NCBI RefSeq assembly: GCF_055900595.2 | Contig: NZ_CM148325.1 | Length of the DNA: 64,000 bases | Direction: 5' to 3' (one strand) | Shown here: piece after piece, positions 43,055 through 53,942 of the stretch | Position numbering within the stretch: position 1 is the first letter of the stretch | Layout of the letters: each line of letters starts with the position of its first letter | Notes under the pieces: generated by a model | Told to the model about the DNA's origin: nothing | What the model saw: the letters and a program-made list of their open reading frames with translations, nothing else | Database searches by the model: none | Made by a program: the position numbers and the translations under genes

Positions 43055-43403
43055 CTGTAACAAGCCCCTCCAGGACAAGTTCCGCAACATTCACTGGATC
43101 AACTCTGACAGTCATACCTGTAACAACAATCTCCATATCACTGTCATCATGCGGATGTTTTCCCGCCACATGCAGGGTTTTGAGTACACGAACAGTGCTC
43201 ATTTCATCCCCGCCAGTGGAGTGGCTATACGTCATCAAATGCCTTTCGTTCTCATCACTCGCCTGGTTTTTGTCCTCTGCTTCCTCTTCCCATTCCGCCA
43301 CCCGCTGCGCTATCTCTGCGGCACTCCCGGATATATCCGGCTCACGCCCCAGAATCCGGGCCAGTTCATCAAGCCGTTTCAGATTTTGCTCTTTCGTTGC
43401 CAT
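43041..43403 (-). CDS. FI-like DNA-packaging/head-completion protein (divergent from lambda FI)
   Basis: ORF track 43041..43451; start set at MATKEQNLKRLDELARILG with an AGAGG Shine-Dalgarno; acidic; FI position between E and FII. Confidence 0.6.
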   Translation of the reverse strand: MATKEQNLKRLDELARILGREPDISGSAAEIAQRVAEWEEEAEDKNQASDENERHLMTYSHSTGGDEMSTVRVLKTLHVAGKHPHDDSDMEIVVTGMTVRVDPVNVAELVLEGLVTDESY

Positions 43404-43454
43404 ATCAGGCCTCTGTGAAAAAAGACACGGGGGCATTTCGCCCCCGCTCACGGA

Positions 43455-44483
43455 TTATTTCACCTGTACCACCACAAACTCATCCGGGTCCGGCAACACC
43501 ATCAGCGGCGCGGACTGCGTCATGGTAAATTCACGGGCGGGATCCCCCACCGTCAGCCAGTGTTTCGGATAACGGGAAGAGGCCACCACTCCTTCAGACA
43601 ACGCCTGTGCATCCTGAATGGCACCGTAACAACGGATCCCATCTGCAGCAGTATTCCCCAGGACCAGCGTGCCGTCTGGCAGATAACGTTTTTCGGTACC
43701 GTCCTCTGCCACATAAGACGTTTTCGCCACCACAATGGCCAGATCACCGTAATACCCTTTGAAAGACACCACCGCCCCCAGGTCTTTCACTGCCGTTTCG
43801 AGTTGCGAATTTGAACCGCGACGGGTATCCAGTTTTTCGCGGAACAGCTTAAAACCATTCAGCAGACGCCAGACGCTACCGTCCATAATGGCAATATTCA
43901 CAAGGCCGCTGGCCTGGTCGCAGTAGAGGTCAATATCATGCGCAGGATCGAACGTGTCACGATCGTGCTCAGACCATTTTTTACCACTGGCCTGCGTAAT
44001 GTTATTCGCCGGCGATCTGCCAAAATCGACCTCAATTTTCTCGAACTGGTCTCCTTCCATGGTGTATTTGCCATACAGCACGGCATTTACCGCCTGCATT
44101 TCTTCCACCTGGACAATCGCGTACTCTTCCTGTTTGAGGTTATCGGTAATGATACGCAGACGGCGGTAAGCCGGATCGTTCAGTTGAGCCGGATCTTCAC
44201 CAGGAAGGCGCTCAACCGCCTGCCGGGAATTAAATTCGTGTTTCGGCTTGACGTAGCCCGGACGCAAGACGCGGGTTTCACCACCACGATGACGCAGCAC
44301 TTTTCCTTCAACAACCGGGGAGACATAGGCCGCCACCGGCGTTTTTCCGGTAATTTTGTCCAGCATCACCTCTTCGGTATGGAAATTCACCGTACGGCGG
44401 AAAAACAGCTCCAGAAACAGCGCACGAAATTTCACTTTTTGTTCGGTATAACCGAGTAACTGGCGGGTCGTAAACAATCCCAT
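43455..44483 (-). CDS. Major capsid protein E
   Basis: 342 aa; lambda E-like along the whole length (KLDTRRGSNS, YPKHW, GDPAREFTM motifs). Confidence 0.9.
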   Translation of the reverse strand: MGLFTTRQLLGYTEQKVKFRALFLELFFRRTVNFHTEEVMLDKITGKTPVAAYVSPVVEGKVLRHRGGETRVLRPGYVKPKHEFNSRQAVERLPGEDPAQLNDPAYRRLRIITDNLKQEEYAIVQVEEMQAVNAVLYGKYTMEGDQFEKIEVDFGRSPANNITQASGKKWSEHDRDTFDPAHDIDLYCDQASGLVNIAIMDGSVWRLLNGFKLFREKLDTRRGSNSQLETAVKDLGAVVSFKGYYGDLAIVVAKTSYVAEDGTEKRYLPDGTLVLGNTAADGIRCYGAIQDAQALSEGVVASSRYPKHWLTVGDPAREFTMTQSAPLMVLPDPDEFVVVQVK

Positions 44484-44540
44484 AAATCAGTTCCTTTCAT
44501 TCAGAAATCAGTCAGGCCACCGCGGTGGCCTGATAACGTG

Positions 44541-44888
44541 TTACGGCAGCGCCGCGTGACTCAGGGCACTGCCAGCAAAGGCGTTGGCCTTTTTGTGTTC
44601 ATCCACACTGTCAGGCCAGCGGATTGCCTCCGTCGCAAAAGTCCCCGACTTGTAATACGTCAGCACCGTCTCTGTGCCTTCAAGCGGCAGTACCAGTATG
44701 CCAACCGCACCTCCGGCTTTCTGTCCGTCCCAGACCACCAGTTTCCCGGTGGCTTCATCCAGCATCAGGGGCGTCAGTGCCGGTGTTGCCGAGGAAATCC
44801 CGCTGCTGCCTGTGGCGGTGTGAGCCGGATCATTACCGGCAAAAATACGTACTTCCGCACGCTGTTCAGTGATGGTTTTCGTTACCAT
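44541..44888 (-). CDS. Head decoration protein D
   Basis: 115 aa with DPAHTAT and TPLMLD motifs, lambda D-like. Confidence 0.85.
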   Translation of the reverse strand: MVTKTITEQRAEVRIFAGNDPAHTATGSSGISSATPALTPLMLDEATGKLVVWDGQKAGGAVGILVLPLEGTETVLTYYKSGTFATEAIRWPDSVDEHKKANAFAGSALSHAALP

Positions 44889-44924
44889 ATTGTCAAAACC
44901 TCCTATTGATGGTCAGCACTGACT

Positions 44925-46430
44925 TCATGGCATGGCCATGAGCATTTTCACGTCCGCATCACCGTCTGCTGACGTCTGTGGCACGCCACCCTGTACCGCT
45001 GCCGGTGAATGGTTCGCCATGAAATGTTCAAACATGGCGGTTGTGGATGCAGAGACCGGTTCTGCCTTACCTGATCCCGCAGCCAGCACAGCCCGGGCGT
45101 TCTCCACGGTCATTCCCGGGCAGGCAGCCAGCTGTTCAGCCTGCGCCTCAGCCCCTTTTGCCTCATCCAGGGCCATGATCTGATCACGGAGTGATGGTCC
45201 GGCATCCGCCTGCGGTGAAGCTGCCAGGATCGGGCGGGCTTTTTCCACCGTCATCTCCGGCATCGCCGCCAGCGTTGCCGCCAGTTGTTCACGACCTTTC
45301 GCCTCTTCACACGCCATAATGCGATCGGCTTCACTCTGCGCGGATGCCACCGGCTGCTGTGGTGCCGCCGCGGCCAGGATCTCCCGGGCCTGTTCAACGC
45401 TCATGCCCTGTTGTCCCGCCAGCATCGTGGCAAGCTGTTCACGTCCTTTCGCTTCCTTACTCGTCAGGATCCCCATCACTCGCTGGTTCTCCTGCGCGGC
45501 GGCTTCCGTTGCAGTTAATTGCGGCATAGTGCCTCCTGTATCATGTGTGTACAGCGCCGTGGTCATCACACTGATGGCATCCGACGCATTGACTAATTCA
45601 TCCGCCAGCCCGGCCTCAATGCCGGACTGACCTTCAAAAACGGCGGCCTCTGTTCCCGTGACCACATCCACAGACAGCCCGGTATACATCGCCACTTTTT
45701 CGGCAAACATCCGGTGTGCCGCATCAATGCGCTGCTGCATGTCCTGACGCACCTCTTCCGGTAAGGCTTCAAACTGATTGCCATCCACCTTGTGCGCCCC
45801 GGCATAAATCAGCGTGATATCCACACCGGCCTGCGCCAGATGACCGGCATAGCTGAGATGGCTCATCATCACGCCAATGGAGCCGATACGGGATGTCTGG
45901 GTAACCAGCCGTCGGGAGCAGGCCGACGCCAGCAGCATGGCTGCAGAACAGGCCGTGTCATTGCACAGTGCCCAGACCGGCTTCTGCTGACGGAGGCGGT
46001 AAATCATGTCAGCGCAGTCAAACGCGCCTGCGGCCTGCCCGCCCGGACTGTCAATGTCCAGCAGTACGCCCCGGACAGCGGTGTCCGCCATTGCCTGCTG
46101 AAGACAGGCGACAATGCCGTCATAGCCTGTCATTCCGGAAAATGGCCGCATACCACCCAGCCGGTGCACCAGCATGCCGGTCACCGGCAGTACAGCAATA
46201 CCGTTCACCACCCGGTAAACACGGGCCGGTCGTTTACCTCCGGCCATGTACTCGTCCGTTTCAGCCAGCATTCCGGGAGCATCAAGCTGTACCTGCTGTT
46301 GTGGTACCGAAAGACTTGCTGCCCCCATCTCGCGCCCGAGCGCGCAAAAGAAAACCCGCGCATAGGCGGGCTCCAGAAGCAGCGGTTCATTGAATGCTGC
46401 GGCAATAATGTGTGAAAGATTACGTCTCAC
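44925..46430 (-). CDS. Head maturation protease C with scaffold-like C-terminal repeats (lambda C/Nu3-like)
   Basis: 501 aa; lambda C-like N-terminus (AFNEPLLLEPAYARVFFCAL), S49 protease core, repeated EAKGREQLA...TVE.AR.ILAA segments. Confidence 0.85.
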   Translation of the reverse strand: MRRNLSHIIAAAFNEPLLLEPAYARVFFCALGREMGAASLSVPQQQVQLDAPGMLAETDEYMAGGKRPARVYRVVNGIAVLPVTGMLVHRLGGMRPFSGMTGYDGIVACLQQAMADTAVRGVLLDIDSPGGQAAGAFDCADMIYRLRQQKPVWALCNDTACSAAMLLASACSRRLVTQTSRIGSIGVMMSHLSYAGHLAQAGVDITLIYAGAHKVDGNQFEALPEEVRQDMQQRIDAAHRMFAEKVAMYTGLSVDVVTGTEAAVFEGQSGIEAGLADELVNASDAISVMTTALYTHDTGGTMPQLTATEAAAQENQRVMGILTSKEAKGREQLATMLAGQQGMSVEQAREILAAAAPQQPVASAQSEADRIMACEEAKGREQLAATLAAMPEMTVEKARPILAASPQADAGPSLRDQIMALDEAKGAEAQAEQLAACPGMTVENARAVLAAGSGKAEPVSASTTAMFEHFMANHSPAAVQGGVPQTSADGDADVKMLMAMP

Positions 46431-48012
46431 GTGGTGTTGTCTCCTCTTCCGGCCTGCGACTCGCCGCTATCTGCTGCTGATACGCCTGCGCTATCCACAC
46501 CGGACGTGAGAGTCCGGCTTTTTCCCGCTCTGCAGATTCCCTGACCTGCTGGCGGAAAATGTCCTGATAATCCTCACCCATCAGCGCCAGCTCTTTCTCA
46601 TACGTGCTCAGTCCGGCCTCAATGCGCATCACCGATTCCTGGACCTCCTTGAGCCCGTCAATGGCCATTCTTCCGGCTCCAATCCACTCTGCCCGTGACC
46701 AGGATGAACGCGCCTGATAAAAATCAAAACGCGCCCGTGGCGGACGAATAATCCCCCGCAGAAGAGCCTCTTCCAGCCAGCAGGAAAACATCTGCGTGGC
46801 CAGCCGGGCCGCAATAAATTTTCGCCGCCCCATAAAATAGCGCCACGACTCATTGGCGGAGGCGCGGGCACTTGAATAACTGACCTTCGAGTAATCACGG
46901 GACAACTGTTCGTAGGAAACGCCAAGACCGGCGGCGATATACCGCAGCAGCGCCTGTTCAAGCGCAGAAAATCCATTGTCTGAATCCTGCGCAGTCTGTA
47001 GTTTCAGATCATCACCGGGGAAAAGGTGCGGAATTTTGACACCGCCCAGTGTCACGTTATTCGTGTCATACCAGCTGGAAAACTTCTCCAGAATATTAAT
47101 AAGCGGATTATCCTTCTGCTCCTGCGGCGCACCGGCGATATATTCAAAGGCCTTTTCGGTATCAAGTTCACTTTCAATCGTCGCTGCATACATGGCCCTC
47201 ACTATGGCCGACTGAAGCTGTGTTGCCTGCAGGGAATCGAGCATCTTCAGCCGTTCCATGACGCTGTAAAACTGATTAGCCCCACGGGTCTGCCCGTCCT
47301 CCACCGGCTCGAAAATATGCAGCATGGCCGGACGCCCGGTGGGAAGTTCACGCGGGATCCGTTCCCATCGTCCACTACCAGAGAACGGAAAATCATCCTC
47401 ACAGATATGGTACGCGACGGCACGGCCATATCGATCGACCTCCACACCGGCCCGCAGAAAACGGTTCCCCATACCGTGTCCTGGCGTGTCCACCCGTTTC
47501 GGACTCACGGCTTTAAAACGCGTACGGAATAACTGCGTGGTTTCCGTATCCCAGACCGGCTGAACAAAGATTTCGCCGTTAAACGCATGAACGCCCACAC
47601 CTTCACGGATAAATTCCGTGAACGTGCGTTTTCCTTCCACATCGATCTCGCCAGACATCCCTTCGGCGTATTCCGACCAGGCCGCCTCCACCTCATCGAC
47701 AAAGCTTTTTGCTGCGGTCTCCCGCATCCCCAGCCAGCGCCAGTTCGGACGGTAGCTGATCAGAAACATATGCCCGACTATGTGATCCTTATGCAGAGCC
47801 ACCGCATTAGCCGCTATTCCGTTATTGCGCACCAGATCATCTGCCCGGGCATTCCCCAGACGCAACGCGGGCAGCAGGGCCGCATCGACACTCTGTGCCG
47901 GTGGCAACCACTCCTCCATTTGCCCGCCAAATCCTGCGCCGCCCCCGTTGTAGCTGAGACTCTCACGAAGCGGAACGCCGTTCACATCAATCAGGACAGG
48001 CGTTCTTTTCAT
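46420..48012 (-). CDS. Portal protein B
   Basis: 530 aa, lambda B-like length and sequence. Confidence 0.9.
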   Translation of the reverse strand: MKRTPVLIDVNGVPLRESLSYNGGGAGFGGQMEEWLPPAQSVDAALLPALRLGNARADDLVRNNGIAANAVALHKDHIVGHMFLISYRPNWRWLGMRETAAKSFVDEVEAAWSEYAEGMSGEIDVEGKRTFTEFIREGVGVHAFNGEIFVQPVWDTETTQLFRTRFKAVSPKRVDTPGHGMGNRFLRAGVEVDRYGRAVAYHICEDDFPFSGSGRWERIPRELPTGRPAMLHIFEPVEDGQTRGANQFYSVMERLKMLDSLQATQLQSAIVRAMYAATIESELDTEKAFEYIAGAPQEQKDNPLINILEKFSSWYDTNNVTLGGVKIPHLFPGDDLKLQTAQDSDNGFSALEQALLRYIAAGLGVSYEQLSRDYSKVSYSSARASANESWRYFMGRRKFIAARLATQMFSCWLEEALLRGIIRPPRARFDFYQARSSWSRAEWIGAGRMAIDGLKEVQESVMRIEAGLSTYEKELALMGEDYQDIFRQQVRESAEREKAGLSRPVWIAQAYQQQIAASRRPEEETTPRET

Positions 48013-48215
48013 AACCTCACTCCCAGCGGACGACGGCGACGTCGGGTTGTCCCCAGTACCGACTCCGCATCATTGATCGCCCGGTTAAGCTCATCCAGAG
48101 AAGCCGCCGTATATTCAATTCTGCGACCATCTTTCTGGACAGACACCACCCGTTTACCGGTTAATAAATCAAGGCGCGCCTGACGCAGCGCCTGCAGTTC
48201 AGCGACTGTAACCAT
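48009..48215 (-). CDS. Head-tail joining protein W
   Basis: 68 aa with LTGKRVVSVQKDGRRIEYTAASLDEL, lambda W-like. Confidence 0.85.
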   Translation of the reverse strand: MVTVAELQALRQARLDLLTGKRVVSVQKDGRRIEYTAASLDELNRAINDAESVLGTTRRRRRPLGVRL

Positions 48216-48546
48216 TCACTCCTCCGGACAGCTTCGCTGCCAGTTCTTTAAGGGTTGGCCGGGTCGTCTCTTCTTCCCGGGATTTTGCCAGTACAGCCAG
48301 ATCAAGCTGCCAGCGTTGCACGGACACACGTAATGCCGCGTAGGCATACACCAGGCAGTCCAGCGCTTCGTTACGCCGCTTTTTGTTATCCCACAGCAGA
48401 CGCATCTTTCCTTTTTCCCACTTCTCCACAAGCTCTTCCGCGGCCAGTTGCTGCGCCTCTGTCTGCGAAAAAATCTCCGGATCATCAGGAAAACGGATGG
48501 CATACGACGTGGCTTCATCCGCAGGCGTGGGATCGGCTTTCATACG
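48199..48546 (-). pseudogene. Terminase large subunit A, C-terminal fragment (separated from the rest by an IS insertion)
   Basis: Translation MKADPTPADEATSYAIRFPDDPEIFSQTEAQQLAAEELVEKWEKGKMRLLWDNKKRRNEALDCLVYAYAALR matches the lambda gpA C-terminus; abuts the IS left end at 48547. Confidence 0.85.
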
Positions 48547-48599
48547 GTAACCGGCTCATTTAAACCGTCTGGTCTGTTTCCTCCGGCTCTACAAAAATA

Positions 48600-49277
48600 A
48601 TGTCCATCATTTTTAATGGACACTATCGTATGAAACACCGGACCTGGATCACTGAAGCTTTACGTCTTCACTTTGAAGAACATTTACCCCGGGTTGTGGC
48701 CGGGCGTCGCCTGGGTGTACCAAAATCAACAGTTTGTAGTATGTTCGTGCGCTTTCGGAGAGCTGGCCTTTCGTGGCCTTTGCCCGCAGGCATGTCGGAG
48801 CAGGAACTTGATGCCTGCCTTTACGGACAATTTTCCACGGTACCAGTCGTACGTCCTGAAAGCACCGTTATATCCGAAGCCCCCGTGGTAAAAAAACGTC
48901 CCCGGCGGCCCAACTTCCCTTATGAGTTTAAAATCGCCTTAGTGGAGCAGTCACTGCAGCCCGGAGCCTGTGTGGCGCAGATCGCCCGGGAAAACGGAAT
49001 CAACGATAACCTGCTCTTCAACTGGCGCCATCAATACCGGAAAGGTGGCCTGCTGCCTTCCGGAAAAAATATGCCGGCACTGCTTCCCGTGACGTTAACG
49101 CCGGAGCCGGATAATAAAATCCCGGCCCCCGCACAGGAACCAGAGCGGATAAATACACCGTCCGACAGTCTGTGTTGTGAGCTGGTTCTGCCGGCCGGAA
49201 CTCTCAGGCTTAAAGGTAAACTGACGCCGGCGTTATTACAGACACTTATCCGCGAAATAAAAGGGAGCAGCCACTGA
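48600..49277 (+). CDS. IS66-family accessory protein (orfA/TnpA-like)
   Basis: First ORF of the IS; start uncertain (alternative Met at 48630); HTH-like N-terminal region. Confidence 0.65.
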   Translation: MSIIFNGHYRMKHRTWITEALRLHFEEHLPRVVAGRRLGVPKSTVCSMFVRFRRAGLSWPLPAGMSEQELDACLYGQFSTVPVVRPESTVISEAPVVKKRPRRPNFPYEFKIALVEQSLQPGACVAQIARENGINDNLLFNWRHQYRKGGLLPSGKNMPALLPVTLTPEPDNKIPAPAQEPERINTPSDSLCCELVLPAGTLRLKGKLTPALLQTLIREIKGSSH

Positions 49278-49624
49278 TGATATCTCTCCCTGCAGGTTCG
49301 CGTATCTGGCTGGTTGCAGGTATCACCGATATGCGAAATGGCTTTAACGGCCTGGCATCAAAAGTTCAGAACGTCCTGAAGGATGACCCGTTCTCCGGAC
49401 ACCTGTTCATCTTCCGCGGACGCCGGGGTGACCAGATAAAAGTGTTGTGGGCTGACAGTGACGGACTGTGCCTCTTCACCAAACGCCTGGAGCGGGGCCG
49501 CTTCGTCTGGCCAGTCACCCGTGACGGCAAGGTGCACCTTACTCCGGCTCAGTTATCCATGCTTCTTGAAGGTATCAACTGGAAGCACCCGAAACGAACG
49601 GAACGCGCTGGAATCCGCATATAA
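49277..49624 (+). CDS. IS66-family Orf2/TnpB protein
   Basis: 115 aa MISLPAGSRIWLVAGITDMRNGFNGLASKVQNVL, a signature IS66 Orf2 sequence; overlaps orfA stop. Confidence 0.85.
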   Translation: MISLPAGSRIWLVAGITDMRNGFNGLASKVQNVLKDDPFSGHLFIFRGRRGDQIKVLWADSDGLCLFTKRLERGRFVWPVTRDGKVHLTPAQLSMLLEGINWKHPKRTERAGIRI

Positions 49625-49643
49625 CCCGTTGTAAAGTGAGGAT

Positions 49644-51215
49644 ATGGACACCTCACTTGCTCATGAGAACGCCCGCCTGCGGGCACTGTTGCAGACGCAA
49701 CAGGACACCATCCGCCAGATGGCTGAATACAACCGCCTGCTCTCACAGCGGGTGGCGGCTTATGCTTCCGAAATCAACCGGCTGAAGGCGCTGGTTGCGA
49801 AACTGCAACGTATGCAGTTCGGTAAAAGCTCAGAAAAACTTCGTGCAAAAACCGAACGGCAGATACAGGAAGCACAGGAGCGAATCAGCGCACTTCAGGA
49901 AGAAATGGCGGAAACGCTGGGTGAGCAATATGACCCGGTACTGCCATCCGCCCTGCGCCAGTCTTCAGCCCGTAAACCGTTACCGGCCTCACTTCCCCGT
50001 GAAACCCGGGTTATCCGGCCGGAAGAGGAATGCTGTCCTGCCTGTGGTGGTGAACTCAGTTCTCTGGGATGTGATGTGTCAGAGCAACTGGAGCTTATCA
50101 GCAGCGCCTTTAAGGTTATCGAAACACAACGTCCGAAACAGGCCTGTTGCCGGTGCGACCATATCGTGCAGGCACCAGTACCTTCAAAACCCATTGCACG
50201 CAGTTATGCCGGAGCGGGGCTTCTGGCCCATGTTGTCACCGGGAAATATGCAGACCATCTGCCGTTATACCGCCAGTCAGAAATATACCGTCGTCAGGGA
50301 GTGGAGCTGAGCCGTGCCACACTGGGGCGCTGGACAGGTGCTGTTGCTGAACTGCTGGAGCCGCTGTATGACGTCCTGCGCCAGTATGTGCTGATGCCCG
50401 GTAAAGTCCATGCTGATGATATCCCCGTCCCGGTCCAGGAGCCGGGCAGCGGTAAAACCCGGACAGCCCGGCTGTGGGTCTACGTCCGTGATGACCGTAA
50501 CGCCGGTTCACAGATGCCCCCGGCGGTCTGGTTCGCGTACAGTCCGGACCGGAAAGGTATCCATCCACAAAATCACCTGGCCGGTTACAGCGGTGTGCTT
50601 CAGGCCGATGCTTACGGTGGTTACCGGGCGTTATACGAATCCGGCAGAATAACGGAAGCCGCGTGTATGGCTCATGCCCGGAGAAAAATCCACGATGTGC
50701 ATGCAAGAGCGCCCACCTACATCACCACGGAAGCCCTGCAGCGTATCGGTGAACTGTATGCCATCGAGGCAGAGGTCCGGGGCTGTTCAGCAGAACAGCG
50801 TCTGGCGGCAAGAAAAGCCAGAGCCGCGCCACTGATGCAGTCACTGTATGACTGGATACAGCAACAGATGAAAACACTGTCGCGTCACTCAGATACGGCA
50901 AAAGCGTTCGCATACCTGCTGAAACAGTGGGATGCACTGAACGTGTACTGCAGTAATGGCTGGGTGGAAATCGACAACAACATCGCAGAGAACGCCTTAC
51001 GGGGAGTGGCCGTAGGCCGGAAAAACTGGATGTTCGCGGGTTCCGACAGCGGTGGTGAACATGCGGCGGTGTTGTACTCGCTGATCGGCACATGCCGTCT
51101 GAACAATGTGGAGCCAGAAAAGTGGCTGCGTTACGTCATTGAACATATCCAGGACTGGCCGGCAAACCGGGTACGCGATCTGTTGCCCTGGAAAGTTGAT
51201 CTGAGCTCTCAGTAA
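49644..51215 (+). CDS. IS66-family transposase (orfC)
   Basis: 523 aa with leucine-zipper N-terminus, CxxC zinc motif (CPACGG) and DDE core. Confidence 0.88.
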   Translation: MDTSLAHENARLRALLQTQQDTIRQMAEYNRLLSQRVAAYASEINRLKALVAKLQRMQFGKSSEKLRAKTERQIQEAQERISALQEEMAETLGEQYDPVLPSALRQSSARKPLPASLPRETRVIRPEEECCPACGGELSSLGCDVSEQLELISSAFKVIETQRPKQACCRCDHIVQAPVPSKPIARSYAGAGLLAHVVTGKYADHLPLYRQSEIYRRQGVELSRATLGRWTGAVAELLEPLYDVLRQYVLMPGKVHADDIPVPVQEPGSGKTRTARLWVYVRDDRNAGSQMPPAVWFAYSPDRKGIHPQNHLAGYSGVLQADAYGGYRALYESGRITEAACMAHARRKIHDVHARAPTYITTEALQRIGELYAIEAEVRGCSAEQRLAARKARAAPLMQSLYDWIQQQMKTLSRHSDTAKAFAYLLKQWDALNVYCSNGWVEIDNNIAENALRGVAVGRKNWMFAGSDSGGEHAAVLYSLIGTCRLNNVEPEKWLRYVIEHIQDWPANRVRDLLPWKVDLSSQ

Positions 51216-51245
51216 ATATCAATACGGTTCTGACGAGTCGCTTAC

Positions 51246-52834
51246 TTCATACGGGCATAGAGAATTTCTTTTGCGGTGTCCGTCCCCACTTCACACAGAT
51301 ACACGCCCCGCTGATTGCGGGTTTTTGGCATGGTGATCACCGGCTTGCCATAGACAGATGCGCCTTTTACCGGCAGCACCCGGAAAACACCGTGTTTTTT
51401 TGACCTCTGATAAACGATTTCGCCATCGATCCCCCCGATGTCCCAGCAGACACGGGAAATGGTCATTTCGGTTCCGTCTGCATGGCGGTATTTTTTGTTG
51501 ATCGCTGCATCCACACGTAACAGCGTCTCTTCCTCATCGGGACGTCCCATAATAATGATTTTATCCACCAGAAAGGCTTCCTCTCCCGGAGCCCATCCCC
51601 AGACATACATCTCAAAACGGTTTCGCTGCGAGTCAATGCCCGCCGTCAGATAAACCACCCGGGCAGGCACCGCCGCCGTGTAACGCACAACCTTATCCAT
51701 CAGTACCTGGTGATCGAGTTTTTCGCCCACGGCCTCTTCCCAGGTCTCGCCCAGCGTGGTGTTCACAAAGGTTTTCAGGCCGTTGGGATCTTTCAGTGCA
51801 TCCAGCCAGTCATAGACTATCTGTACCCAGGTGGTGAACGGACTGTACGCCGTCCAGATATGGAAAGTGATGGAGCGCGGCGGCGGAATTTCATCACCCC
51901 GGGCGCTGAAAAACATCAGGCCGTCACGGGTCCACATGCCCGTGTTTTCAGAGATCCACCGCCCGTTACTCTGGTCAAGCTCAGACTGATGGATCACACA
52001 GCCATGATGCTCACAAAGGTAGAAAACGCTTTCGGGGCTGTCCTTCTCCCATTTAAGGCCAAAAGGCGTGGATTCATCGCCAAATTTCAGATACTGCTCC
52101 TCCCCACAGTGCGGGCAGGGCACATAAAAACGCATGAAATGTGCCGACTCGTTAGCGGCTTTTTCGATCTGGCAGGAGCCTTTGATTTTAGGCGTCGAGC
52201 CGCGAATGGATTTTGGCCATACAGAGCCCTCAATACGCTTATCCCCCAGCAGGGTTGGCGAGCCCTCTTTTTCAACATCAGGTTCAAACGATGAGAGTTC
52301 GTCATAGCAGACCACGTCCACGGATTTTTCACGGTAGTTTTTTGCTGCCGCACCACCCAGGCACCAGAAGCCCACACCCGATGAAAAGCGTTTCAGCGTG
52401 AGAGTATTGTCACGATGTTTACGCCCCAGCCATGGAGAAAGGTCTTTCAGACATGGCACATCCCGAATCGTCGCCTCCACGTGAGACTTCATAAAATCTT
52501 CAGCGGCAGAATCCGTGGGCTGAAAAAGCAGACTGTTTCGGGATTTATGCTCAATAAAATACCCGACCACCCCCAGCAACATCTTTGTATAACCAACACG
52601 GGCAGATTTAATCAGGTTAACAGTGCGAATCAGATCGTTGCCCATACAGTTCATGATGGCGATCTGGAACGGCAGCGTTTTCCATTCTCCCTCACCATAT
52701 GAAGATTCTTTAGGCAGATAATAATTTTGATCAGCCCATTCAACTGCCGTCACCGGCAATGCCCTTATCAGGGGCTGTAATGCTGTTGTGACAGCACTCA
52801 TCATATTATTCAGTTGTTGCTCTGATATATTCAT
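51246..52834 (-). pseudogene. Terminase large subunit A, N-terminal fragment (truncated by the IS insertion)
   Basis: ORF track 51242..52891; lambda gpA-like from MNISEQQLNNMMSAVTTALQ through ...GTDTAKEILYARMK, then a stop contributed by the IS end (GTAAGC). Confidence 0.85.
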
Positions 52835-53315
52835 CGAGTAAATCCGGTAATTTATCCCCTGCCCGCGCACACTGATTTGCCCCCTTCGCAATAAGGGTTT
52901 TCAGATGGTCAAGATGGCGCGGTGTTAAATCAGGAAACTGTCGTTGCATGGATAAAGGGATGGAATCAAGCGTACTGGATAACGCCATTGCCAGCTTGCT
53001 GAGGGCAAAAATACAGAACCCGGTGTCAATAAGTTTTCCTTTTGACACCTCATTTTTTAACTGCTGTGTAACAGCCTGTTCTGCTGTCAGTTCCCATCTG
53101 GCAATAAGCAATTTCTCCTCATAGTCGTCTTCGCTATCGCCATCAGGCACATCGTTTTTACTTCTTCTCAGATACGATATGTAAAAATCACGCCAGGCAT
53201 CCAGATCCAGTTGCCCTCGCTTATTCGATATCGGGGCACCCGGCAATTTCTGCAGTCTGCGAAGCTGGCGATCGGTCAGACTCAAATGCCTGGCAACTTC
53301 AGTCTGCGTAGCCAC
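52806..53315 (-). CDS. Terminase small subunit Nu1
   Basis: 169 aa; N-terminal HTH MATQTEVARHLSLTDRQLRRL; C-terminal half lambda Nu1-like; 3' end overlaps the A start. Confidence 0.82.
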   Translation of the reverse strand: MATQTEVARHLSLTDRQLRRLQKLPGAPISNKRGQLDLDAWRDFYISYLRRSKNDVPDGDSEDDYEEKLLIARWELTAEQAVTQQLKNEVSKGKLIDTGFCIFALSKLAMALSSTLDSIPLSMQRQFPDLTPRHLDHLKTLIAKGANQCARAGDKLPDLLDEYIRATTE

Positions 53316-53479
53316 TGTTCACCTCGCAAAAAATCTCCCCTCATGCGTTTTAAACATGCATCTTGCGAGCAACTTTATGCAAACGCACGCATATGTCCGG
53401 TTTGTTTGTACATTTTTTGCACATGTCCGGTTCGCAGAAAGCATGTTTTTATATTTTTCATATAGTTAACTTGCAGAGA

Positions 53480-53545
53480 AACCGGACATGGATCCCGGAA
53501 AATTTTCATAAATAGCGAAAACGCGCGAGGTCGACGCCCCGTAAC
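53480..53545. other. cos site (cosN cohesive-end region)
   Basis: Minus-strand GGGCGTCGACCTCGCGCGTTTTCGCTATTTATGAAAATTTTCCGG closely matches the lambda left end GGGCGGCGACCTCGCGGGTTTTCGCTATTTATGAAAATTTTCCGG; cosN 12-mer at 53528-53539, about 210 bp upstream of Nu1. Confidence 0.85.
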
Positions 53546-53690
53546 CTGTTGGATCGCCGGAAAGGACCCGAAAAAAACGAGAATAATTATCACTTACAGC
53601 AAGAATCGAATCTGATCTATTCTGATGCTTGCTATTATGTGCCGGCACAAGTGCGTCGTTTACCGTCATTTCACACAGAGGCATCATCAA

Positions 53691-53942
53691 ATGAAAATCA
53701 GAAATATTCTCGCTATCTCCCTTGCAACATCATCCTTCAGTTGCCTGGCATTTAAACCCTCGCCCAATGTGCTACCAGGACCAACGAATCAACTAACTGC
53801 GGTAGAAAGTAAAATTATCGGACATTTTTATGCCCCACACAGTGCATTACCCGGAACAACCATCACAGGGACATGTGACGCCTCCCCCATTCCGGGATGC
53901 ACCTGTCCGTTTTGTACTATGCTGCGTAGCCAAAACCGATAA
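53691..53942 (+). CDS. Small secreted cysteine-rich protein, 83 aa
   Basis: ORF track 53625..53942; start set at MKIRNILAISLATSSFSCLA (signal peptide) with an AGAGG Shine-Dalgarno; C-terminus GTCDASPIPGCTCPFCT has five Cys in 17 residues; opposite strand to the late operon. Confidence 0.45.
   Translation: MKIRNILAISLATSSFSCLAFKPSPNVLPGPTNQLTAVESKIIGHFYAPHSALPGTTITGTCDASPIPGCTCPFCTMLRSQNR

Larger units (their letters stand above)
48547..51245 (+). mobile_element. IS66-family insertion sequence (three-ORF organisation) inserted in terminase gene A
   Basis: Imperfect terminal inverted repeats starting GTAACCGGCTC / GTAAGCGACTC; 8-bp direct target duplication TTCATACG at 48539-48546 and 51246-51253; encodes orfA, orfB and orfC. 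Confidence 0.85.
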
